64,000 bases of DNA, taken from positions 1-64,000 of IMG/VR virus record IMGVR_UViG_3300031466_000001, one strand, 5' to 3'. Below, one piece after another: positions 54,676 to 62,207 of the stretch. The stretch is from a virus (taxonomy: Duplodnaviria; Caudoviricetes). The number at the start of each line of letters is the position of its first letter. The first letter of the stretch is position 1. The notes under the pieces are model-generated. The model made no database searches. It had not been told where the DNA came from and was given only the letters and a program-made list of their open reading frames with translations. A program made the translations under genes and the position numbers.

Positions 54676-56307
54676 ATGTCCAACGAAAATCTCAATTCTA
54701 ATGGAATGAATTTGAGCGACATTAAAAGACAGGCTATGGAGCAAGAAGCTCAAAGGCAACAAGAAGAGAATAATGAAGCAGTAAACAACTCTAACTCTTC
54801 GCCTAATGAACAAGAAAACGAAAGCTCTGCAGAAAATTCATCTGTTAATTCTAAACCCGTTGATGAAAAAGGGAGTTCTGTTGTTCTCCCCAAAGACGAT
54901 TCGTTTATTATGGCAGTCGATACCAAAAAAGGTTTCCATGTTGTTCATGCTGATCAAGCACAACCCCCAGAATCCCCTTCGGGTTCGGGTCTGATCATCG
55001 AGAATAATAGAGAAGAAAATGCACAACATGGAGCCCTTGCAAATGCTCTCCCTTATGGTGTTATGCCTGAAACTGCTGAAAGTATTGCCAACTATATGAG
55101 GGAAATGGATAAGCAAATTGAAGAAGAACGACAAAAAGCTTTGGCTGCAGGTTACAATGAAGAAGCTGCAGCAAGAGGAGAAAAACAAACTCCCAAAAGA
55201 AGTGACGATGAAACCGATGAAGAGGAAGAATTTGATCAAGAGAAGTATGATAAAGCTATTGTCATTATTGATAAATCTGGAATGGGTCAAGTTATTAACT
55301 TCACCGACGAAGAGCGTGAGAAACTTAAAAAGGTTCGCTCCATAACTCTCAAAGAAGTCGAAGTACAACAACTTGAAACCCTGAAAATCCGTAAAGCTAA
55401 GAAGAATTCGGTTGATAAAATTCTCAATTACACTTCGCACGTACACACTACCCCCATCGTTCTTACGGCATCTGGCTATACTGCTGTGATGAAGGGACTC
55501 TCTACCTATGAGCTTATTTCCCTCATGAGCAGCAGCCAAAATGCTCTCATTGATGCTAGGACCAGATGGAGTTTGTTGCACAGCAAGATTGTCGATAGTA
55601 GCATTGGTAAAATGGATTTCGACGCATTCCTCAAAAATACTGCTGCTGTTGACTATAACACCCTCATTTACGGTGTGCTTGTTGCAACATATCCGGATGA
55701 TGACAAATATCCTCTCAAATGTCCTAAATGTGACAAGAACTTTGAACATCCGTACAGTCCACGCTCTCTCATTAGAGCCGAGAAGATGTCTGACAGGCTG
55801 ATGGAGCTCGTTAAGACCATTGTTGACGGTTCTCATACTGCCCAATCCGCTAAGGAAGTTCATGAGAGCTCTCCGCTCAATACGGTTAAACGTATTCTCC
55901 TACCTGTTAGTGGCTTCTATGTGGATCTCCATGTCCAAAGCGCATACGATCTTATCAATAATTCCATTGAAGCACTTACCAGAAATAATGAAGAGAAATA
56001 TAACCAAGCTGCGGTTCTGGGTACGGCAGTTAAGCAATTTATTACTCCTGACCCGGAAAATCCTGGCGAATGGCTTGGATATGAAGACGCACTTGATATC
56101 ACCAAACTCATTTACAATCTGAGGGATACTGACATTCTCGCATTGACGAAACAAACCGAAATTATTATGGGTGATCTCTCGTTTGATTTCGGTCTGATGG
56201 ATGTTAGATGTCCGCATTGTGCACATCACGAAAAAACCATTCCGATTGACATTGAATCTGTCCTTTTTTACCGGTATCGACAGGCGATGAATACAGAAAT
56301 CGAGTAA
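54676..56307 (+). CDS. Baseplate hub / tail assembly chaperone, T4 gp26-like, with acidic N-terminal extension
   Basis: VMKGLSTYEL, DYNTLIYGVLVATYPDD, CPKC and CPHC zinc knuckles, C-terminal IDIESVLF. Confidence 0.7.
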   Translation: MSNENLNSNGMNLSDIKRQAMEQEAQRQQEENNEAVNNSNSSPNEQENESSAENSSVNSKPVDEKGSSVVLPKDDSFIMAVDTKKGFHVVHADQAQPPESPSGSGLIIENNREENAQHGALANALPYGVMPETAESIANYMREMDKQIEEERQKALAAGYNEEAAARGEKQTPKRSDDETDEEEEFDQEKYDKAIVIIDKSGMGQVINFTDEEREKLKKVRSITLKEVEVQQLETLKIRKAKKNSVDKILNYTSHVHTTPIVLTASGYTAVMKGLSTYELISLMSSSQNALIDARTRWSLLHSKIVDSSIGKMDFDAFLKNTAAVDYNTLIYGVLVATYPDDDKYPLKCPKCDKNFEHPYSPRSLIRAEKMSDRLMELVKTIVDGSHTAQSAKEVHESSPLNTVKRILLPVSGFYVDLHVQSAYDLINNSIEALTRNNEEKYNQAAVLGTAVKQFITPDPENPGEWLGYEDALDITKLIYNLRDTDILALTKQTEIIMGDLSFDFGLMDVRCPHCAHHEKTIPIDIESVLFYRYRQAMNTEIE

Positions 56308-56534
56308 AACAGTACTATCAGTTTTACGACGAATTCCTTGAACTCTTCAAGGGACAAATCAGTCTTGATCAGGTGAAGCATGAGCTTCCCTATAGGGAAG
56401 CTCTCCTTCTCCGAGATGTGAGGATTGAACGTCTCAAAAAGGAGAGAGAGGAATTGGAAAAAGAGCGCAAAGAAGAGGCTGCTAGACAGCAAGCTGAAGC
56501 TGCGCGCAACAAAATTTACATCGCCAGACGGTGA
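56268..56534 (+). CDS. gp51/gpGT-like extension probably reached by -1 frameshift
   Basis: The -1 frame is open over 56256-56534 with no ATG or RBS; encodes YYQFYDEFLELFKGQISLDQVKHELPYREAL plus a charged helix; T6 run at 56264-56269. Confidence 0.6.
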   Translation, partial: LPVSTGDEYRNRVKQYYQFYDEFLELFKGQISLDQVKHELPYREALLLRDVRIERLKKEREELEKERKEEAARQQAEAARNKIYIARR

Positions 56535-56582
56535 GCACCCCTTCCTGTCGATACTGAAAGCTTTTGAAAGGGGTAAAGAGAA

Positions 56583-56882
56583 ATGGCGAGAACCTCTGTT
56601 GATTCTTCCGCAGATAGTACTCATACGCTTATTTCGACCAATATTGTGAGAACTCCGGTTAACCATTTCTGGCTTGTGAAATTATCTGGAGGTTATCTCA
56701 CCTATACTGAAGTAAAAGCAATGGAAGATTACGAGTTCTATGAGATCTTGAATCATTTATTACACTATGGTAAAGAATATATGTCCAAACAAGTAAGACC
56801 CTCCCAACAGGCTTCGATTGAAAATCCGGAGGAGAATGATACATTGGCTTCTTCTCTGGAGGAGGGAGGGCATCATGCTTGA
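56583..56882 (+). CDS. Small protein resembling a gp51/T-type chaperone module
   Basis: AAGGGGT RBS; LVKLSGGYLTYTEVKAMEDYEF. Confidence 0.55.
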   Translation: MARTSVDSSADSTHTLISTNIVRTPVNHFWLVKLSGGYLTYTEVKAMEDYEFYEILNHLLHYGKEYMSKQVRPSQQASIENPEENDTLASSLEEGGHHA

Positions 56883-57267
56883 TGTAATTACACTTTTCAA
56901 TCAGCTAACTCACGATGAGTTAGCTGATTATTCACTATTCGAAAAAGTTTTGGATTCGCACTACGAAAAATTTAAATATTTCTATCGTTTGATGGAAAAT
57001 ATTTCCCTTGAAGGAGTTAATAAGATACGCTGTTCTAATTCTGACAGTCCGGGAGCAATTGAATTTAGAATCGACTTCGAAAGTAATAAAAATCTCAGAG
57101 AATTTAATAAGGAATTTTCTAATATTGCAAAAACCTTTAAAGGTTATCCTGCAAAGTATTTTTCAGTCGATATTAAAGTCGATAAAAAATCCCTCTACAT
57201 CACTATAGAGAACAAAAACATCTGTAGTGAGGAGGATATTTATGAAGATAGATTTAATTCCAACTAA
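56875..57267 (+). CDS. Hypothetical protein
   Basis: GGAGG RBS before the ATG at 56875; overlaps the rpoC-like start. Confidence 0.7.
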   Translation: MLDVITLFNQLTHDELADYSLFEKVLDSHYEKFKYFYRLMENISLEGVNKIRCSNSDSPGAIEFRIDFESNKNLREFNKEFSNIAKTFKGYPAKYFSVDIKVDKKSLYITIENKNICSEEDIYEDRFNSN

Positions 57268-58822
57268 AGAATTTATAGTTATAAACCGCTTAAAAGAAGT
57301 ATCTGATCCCATTCTCTTTGAGAAGGGTAATATTCCAACAGCAAAGGGTTTGTTGTCTACTGAAATTTTCGGTGTATCTGTAAAAGAAAGACAAGAAAAC
57401 TGGGGTTTTATTGACCTCGGTGGTCATTTCCTTCAACCTTTCATCTACAAACTTCTCAGAAGAATGAATAGAAACTTTGAGCATATTGTTCACGGTACGA
57501 AACGCTTCAAAGTCGAAAAGGGTAATCTTGTTGTAGATGAAGAAAATGGAGACACTGGCTTAGAATTTCTCTATAAAGTATGGGATGAATTAAATTTTGA
57601 GAAAAATAACAGTATGATGCGTAATGAGCGTATCGACGTTTTGAACGCATATAAGAAAGACACAATTTTTACGACCACATGTATCGTTATTCCCGCATTT
57701 TATCGGGATGTTAATCTTCAGTCTTCCCAGGTGGGTAAGATCTCCCACCATGAGATCAACGACAAATACTCGAAACTGATTCGCAATGCATCAATTCTCA
57801 AAAACGGAAACAGTTTTGAATTTGAGCTTAATGGTGTAAGAGCAAAAATTCAAATGACCTTAGTAGAAATTTATGATCTCTTGAAATCTAGAATTGAGAA
57901 AAAGCATGGTCTTATAAAGAAATCTCTTCTCGGTAAATCAATTGACTACGGTGCTCGCTCAGTTATTTCTGCTCCTGTATTTAAAGCAGAAAGACCTGAG
58001 GACATGATGGTGGATTTCTACCATTGTGGTATTCCTCTGGCCCAATGTTGTTCCTTGTTCACTCCATTTATTGTGGCATGGGTGAAAAGGTTCTTCCAGC
58101 GGGAGATTGAGAGACTTGGTAATAGATACCCTGTGATGAAGAAAAACGGAGAAATCAAGTATGTGCATTTAAAAGATCCTGAGCTTTATTTCAACGAAGA
58201 ATATATAAAGAAACAAATCGACAAATTTATTTTCAGCTATGGGGACAGATTCGAACCCATCATGCTTCCTGTAGATGATCCTGAGTTCAAAGATGGCGTC
58301 TATATGAGTTTTGCAGGACGTTTCTTCAAACAAGGTGTACCTGAAGAAGAATCACCTCTTGTTGATCGTCCCGCAACATGGTGTGACGTATTGTTCCAAG
58401 CTGCAGTTGATGTTACATCTAATAAAATGGTATATATCACACGATATCCCGTACTCGACTATTTCGGAATGTTCCCTTCGAAAGTTACAGTACTTAGCAC
58501 GCATGATACGGTGCCTATGTATGTTGGTTCTAAACTCTATAAAAATTATCCCAATGTTGATATCAAAATGCCCAAAGATAAAGTATCTGTATATTTCGTC
58601 GATACCATAACAATGTCAAATCTTTTCCTTCATGGTCTCGGTGGGGACTACGATGGGGACCAGGTTACAGTAAAAGGTCTTTATTCGCAGGAAGCTAATA
58701 GAGAGGCTGAAGAGATAATGATGGGGAAACATCACATCTTGAATATCTACGGACAGAATATGCGTAAAACGACCAACGAAGGTATTCAGACGCTTTACAT
58801 GCTTACTAAATTTGAAAAATGA
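57242..58822 (+). CDS. rpoC: Phage RNA polymerase beta-prime subunit, N-terminal part with catalytic motif (virion type, phiKZ gp180-like)
   Basis: GLLSTEIFG, VIPAFYRD, LLGKSIDYGARSVI, ITRYP, GGDYDGDQ; ends before the bridge helix and trigger loop. Confidence 0.92.
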   Translation: MKIDLIPTKEFIVINRLKEVSDPILFEKGNIPTAKGLLSTEIFGVSVKERQENWGFIDLGGHFLQPFIYKLLRRMNRNFEHIVHGTKRFKVEKGNLVVDEENGDTGLEFLYKVWDELNFEKNNSMMRNERIDVLNAYKKDTIFTTTCIVIPAFYRDVNLQSSQVGKISHHEINDKYSKLIRNASILKNGNSFEFELNGVRAKIQMTLVEIYDLLKSRIEKKHGLIKKSLLGKSIDYGARSVISAPVFKAERPEDMMVDFYHCGIPLAQCCSLFTPFIVAWVKRFFQREIERLGNRYPVMKKNGEIKYVHLKDPELYFNEEYIKKQIDKFIFSYGDRFEPIMLPVDDPEFKDGVYMSFAGRFFKQGVPEEESPLVDRPATWCDVLFQAAVDVTSNKMVYITRYPVLDYFGMFPSKVTVLSTHDTVPMYVGSKLYKNYPNVDIKMPKDKVSVYFVDTITMSNLFLHGLGGDYDGDQVTVKGLYSQEANREAEEIMMGKHHILNIYGQNMRKTTNEGIQTLYMLTKFEK

Positions 58823-58835
58823 TAGAACCAAAATA

Positions 58836-58888
58836 AAAAAAGATAATAGACTATATGCATAAAGCATTTATAGTCTATTATCTTTTTT
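58836..58888 (+). terminator. Intrinsic terminator
   Basis: AAAAAAGATAATAGACTAT/ATAGTCTATTATCTTTTTT. Confidence 0.8.
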
Positions 58889-58909
58889 CGTATTTTATTG
58901 GTTATTAAA

Positions 58910-58932
58910 TATACATTATAGACACGAGTATA
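58910..58932 (+). promoter_or_regulatory. Early TATACATTAT plus late-variant GACA-N6-TA motifs
   Basis: 58910-58919 and 58921-58932. Confidence 0.55.
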
Positions 58933-58965
58933 AGAAATAAAAACCAATAACGCGGGAGGTGCCGT

Positions 58966-59040
58966 ATGAGAATTACACTCACGGACAGGATTCTGAGAAG
59001 CGGTCCCTATGAGGGCGAGACCGTTGGTAGACCGGCTTGA
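58966..59040 (+). CDS. Micro-ORF MRITLTDRILRSGPYEGETVGRPA (24 aa) in a structured RNA
   Basis: GGGAGGTG RBS; own promoter motifs and terminator. Confidence 0.55.
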   Translation: MRITLTDRILRSGPYEGETVGRPA

Positions 59041-59057
59041 TTAAAGTTTGGTCGTCG

Positions 59058-59096
59058 AAATATCCCATAGGGGGTCTTCCCCCTATGGGATATTTT
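59058..59096. terminator. Bidirectional intrinsic terminator
   Basis: AAATATCCCATAGGGG/CCCCTATGGGATATTT. Confidence 0.85.
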
Positions 59097-59097
59097 C

Positions 59098-59562
59098 TTA
59101 TTTCTTAGTAACCTTATCCGGCTTAATATCTTTTTTTTCTTGATTTCGTGCATTTGCATTATTCTTATTGGAGTTATTTTTTTCTTGTTGTTTATTTTCT
59201 TCCGAGGAAGGTTCATTTCCCTCTACCTTATTATTTTCTTCACTTTCTTCAGGTTTTTTGTCAACTTCAGTATCCTCAACCTTGGTAAAATCAGAGGGTA
59301 CAGGAATTTTGGGGTTTTTGTCAACGGTAACTTTTTCTTCTTGTTCTTGCTTAGTAAAATCTTGCTTGAAGTTACTAAGGGTAAGTTTAATTTCTCTTCC
59401 GTCAACAACTTCGTACACAGGGATTCCTGCAACCAGCATTTGTTGGATCACATCAAGATCTTCCTTGTAAGGAGTGACAATAGGTCCATAGACGCCTTGT
59501 TTGGCATAAATGGGACCATTATATGGAATATGAATACGTTTCGTTGGTTTCATTTGTTCCAC
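59098..59562 (-). CDS. Late protein with low-complexity charged C-terminus
   Basis: Ordered N-terminal domain (GPIYAKQGVYGPI), E/K/N-rich tail. Confidence 0.75.
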   Translation of the reverse strand: MEQMKPTKRIHIPYNGPIYAKQGVYGPIVTPYKEDLDVIQQMLVAGIPVYEVVDGREIKLTLSNFKQDFTKQEQEEKVTVDKNPKIPVPSDFTKVEDTEVDKKPEESEENNKVEGNEPSSEENKQQEKNNSNKNNANARNQEKKDIKPDKVTKK

Positions 59563-59571
59563 CCTTTCATA

Positions 59572-60036
59572 TTAGTTATTACGGATGTCTTCTTCGATGC
59601 GATTGATCCGTCGCTCGTTTTCTTCAATCTCTCGCTGACAACGCATGGACTGCATAGTGTTACCACGTTTACGGAAGAATTCTAATTCTCCACGAAGACG
59701 TTCATTTTTTGCCTTGAGTTTGTTAATTTCCCGCTTCAGCTCTTCAATATGTTGAGGTGAGAGCTTCGTTACTGTAGCAGCAAGATTTTCTACAAGGGTA
59801 GAAATCTCTTGCTCAACCTCTGCTTCCTCGACTTCAGAGCCACTATACTCGGGAATAGTCTCTACGAGTGCTTTGATTTCAGGATCATTTTCAGCACCGA
59901 TTACAACATAGTCAATATCATCGAGAAATGCATCACGGACTTCATCAGAAGCCTCGCTTGCATTTTCAAGAATAGCATCAAAGAGAAAATTTTCATTCTC
60001 TTCAGAACGCAAGGCTTTCTTCAATCCTTCAATCAA
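59572..60036 (-). CDS. Acidic prohead core/scaffold-like protein, paralog with C-terminal coiled coil
   Basis: IGAENDPEIKxLV motif shared with the neighbouring gene; late promoter at 60072-60083. Confidence 0.6.
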   Translation of the reverse strand: MIEGLKKALRSEENENFLFDAILENASEASDEVRDAFLDDIDYVVIGAENDPEIKALVETIPEYSGSEVEEAEVEQEISTLVENLAATVTKLSPQHIEELKREINKLKAKNERLRGELEFFRKRGNTMQSMRCQREIEENERRINRIEEDIRNN

Positions 60037-60071
60037 ATTACCCCAACCTCCTTTCAGGTAGACATAAAGAT

Positions 60072-60083
60072 TAAGGATTTGTT
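60072..60083 (-). promoter_or_regulatory. Late-type promoter AACA-N6-TA
   Basis: + strand TA AGGATT TGTT. Confidence 0.65.
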
Positions 60084-60112
60084 TAATTAATATACGAGAT
60101 AAATTAGTTTGA

Positions 60113-60382
60113 TTAGTTATTATCTTTTACCAATGACGTCTCAGTCAAACTTTCAGAAACAGACTTGATTTCATCTTCGATCTCTTCTTCTTCGCCCCCA
60201 TATTCAGGGAGATCATTGACAAGCGACTTAATTTCCGGATCGTTTTCAGCACCAATGGTTACAACATCCGGATCGTCCAAAAACATACTCTTAATTTGGT
60301 CTGCAGAATTTTCCAGCAGAACGTCATTAAAGAGCTCAGCCTGCCGATGTTCGTTAATAGCCTTTTTCAGACCGATAAGCAT
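60113..60382 (-). CDS. Acidic prohead core/scaffold-like protein, short paralog
   Basis: GLKKA..LLEN..FLDD..IGAENDPEIK; late promoter at 60414-60425. Confidence 0.6.
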   Translation of the reverse strand: MLIGLKKAINEHRQAELFNDVLLENSADQIKSMFLDDPDVVTIGAENDPEIKSLVNDLPEYGGEEEEIEDEIKSVSESLTETSLVKDNN

Positions 60383-60413
60383 TGCTTTATTCCACCTTTC
60401 TCCTAAATCTTTT

Positions 60414-60425
60414 TATGGTAATGTT
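60414..60425 (-). promoter_or_regulatory. Late-type promoter AACA-N6-TA
   Basis: + strand TA TGGTAA TGTT. Confidence 0.65.
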
Positions 60426-60433
60426 TCGATAAT

Positions 60434-61642
60434 TCAATTAGTTCCCATAAATTCAGCATATTTTTTCTTAATAATGAATAATACGATGGGAAGTAGTATG
60501 AAAGTTTCAAAGTTATAATCCATATAAGTATTATAGTCTCGTAATTTATCTATATCAATTGTATAAACGGAATCAATTCCTTTGTTGAAGTATTTAATGA
60601 TGAGTTCCCATACAATATTATCATCATCCACGATTTCATTCTTTGCAATTTTCGTGATTAATTCATATGGAACATAGAAATTATCCCCTCTACCTAGCAC
60701 TATATCACGAGCTCTATGCTCACGATAGACTGAGAAAATTGAGGTAGGATTATTAATATAATCTATACGATACATATATTTTTTGTTATAATCTATTTTA
60801 CCCATTTCCAATGCTTTATAAATACTATCATTATATTCAATAAGGAATCTATGGTCTTTCCGTTCAGCCGTTAGATAGCAAGTCATATAATTATTCTTCT
60901 CTCTAAAGAGTTCATTGCTGTTAATAAATTCCGATTGATATCTGTCATAAAGTAAATTATACGTGAGTTTACCTGCTTCAGCTTCATTAAATAAGAAAGC
61001 GTTATATTTTTTATTATAGAAGAAAATTTTGTATCGTTCAGCGATTAAAGTATAGACTTTATTCAATTCTATAAGACGAGAGACATCTTCTTCTTTGATG
61101 AGGCACTTTTCCGCTGTCCCAATGTTAGTAAAAATACAATTATATTTATCAGTTACTTGTTTTTCGATTTCATTTTTATCATTATCTGTATATTTTATCT
61201 TAAAACCAATTCTATAAAAATTGTTACTCTTGATAGTGTCATATGAAATAGTCGTTACTTGGAAAAGATATTGTTTACCAAGATAATCGATGATAAAAAA
61301 ATCATAAGGGAGGGGTTTAACTGTATTAGGGAGAATAATACCTTCTCCGTCATATTCACTGTCAAGACCTTGATCTTCATCTTGTAAATCAAGAATTATT
61401 TGCTCTATTCCGTAAATAGGGAAATTTGTAACCTTATTGTATCGAATAGGTGAATCGGCCCCAATAACCCTTTCTACTGATTGGAAACCACTATCGGCGG
61501 TGCTTTCGATATTGTTAACATTGTAGTATGTTGTAAACGTAGGAGTTTTATCTAGAAATCTTGAGTATTGTGAATTTAGTCTATCTTCCATCATGAAGAC
61601 ACTGTCATTTATAAACTTTCTCTCATCTAAGAGAAAAGCCAT
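60434..61642 (-). CDS. Virion structural protein (possible neck/head-closure)
   Basis: 402 aa; SPIRYNKVTNFPIYG..GIILPNTVKPLPYDFF; late promoter at 61675-61686. Confidence 0.55.
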   Translation of the reverse strand: MAFLLDERKFINDSVFMMEDRLNSQYSRFLDKTPTFTTYYNVNNIESTADSGFQSVERVIGADSPIRYNKVTNFPIYGIEQIILDLQDEDQGLDSEYDGEGIILPNTVKPLPYDFFIIDYLGKQYLFQVTTISYDTIKSNNFYRIGFKIKYTDNDKNEIEKQVTDKYNCIFTNIGTAEKCLIKEEDVSRLIELNKVYTLIAERYKIFFYNKKYNAFLFNEAEAGKLTYNLLYDRYQSEFINSNELFREKNNYMTCYLTAERKDHRFLIEYNDSIYKALEMGKIDYNKKYMYRIDYINNPTSIFSVYREHRARDIVLGRGDNFYVPYELITKIAKNEIVDDDNIVWELIIKYFNKGIDSVYTIDIDKLRDYNTYMDYNFETFILLPIVLFIIKKKYAEFMGTN

Positions 61643-61674
61643 TATAACCTCACCTCACAGATTTTACACTTAAT

Positions 61675-61686
61675 TATATACTTGTT
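61675..61686 (-). promoter_or_regulatory. Late-type promoter AACA-N6-TA
   Basis: + strand TA TATACT TGTT. Confidence 0.7.
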
Positions 61687-61728
61687 CCCCTTTAATATTT
61701 TCCATGGAATCATTGCACAAAAATAAAA

Positions 61729-61772
61729 AAAAAATAAAGTACAGTCACTATGATGACTGTACTTTATTTTTT
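61729..61772. terminator. Bidirectional intrinsic terminator
   Basis: AAAAAATAAAGTACAGTCA/TGACTGTACTTTATTTTTT. Confidence 0.85.
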
Positions 61773-61809
61773 CACTCATTTCTTTTATTAATTTATTACC
61801 CAGTTTATA

Positions 61810-62207
61810 TTAATCATCAACCCATGGACCTTTCATTTTCCAATAAAATGGTCTAAAAAACTTATAACGTGAATCTCTAACTAATATACACTCATCTTCA
61901 ATACGAATGTAAACGATAACTCCATTGTAATATTTATATTTATCGCTTACAGCGGCATTATATGGCACTAAAACAAGATTTTTCTACTAAAACTATTTTA
62001 GAAAAATGAAATGCTGGACGATAATTGCTATCAAATGTACGCATTTTATCATAAATTTTACCCGGTAAAGCAGAGATATTTAATTTCTTCATTTCCTTTA
62101 AAGTTACTAAACCTTTTTCTTCGATTATTTTTGTCAGAAAATAAATGTGTATAAAATTTTTTAAAATTATCCAAAGCATTAAACAGTCTGTAATTAAAGA
62201 TAATCAT
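61810..62207 (-). pseudogene. Fragmented hypothetical gene (three overlapping frames)
   Basis: ATGA-coupled start at 62207 (49 aa), 73-aa frame at 61958-62179, 52-aa frame at 61810-61968; the last join is at the A5 run 61979-61983. Confidence 0.45.

Noticed and set aside
56425-56649. 74-aa ORF from the ORF track downstream of the gp26-like gene
   Set aside because: Overlaps the better -1 frame ORF and the 56583 gene; TTG start without a well-spaced RBS
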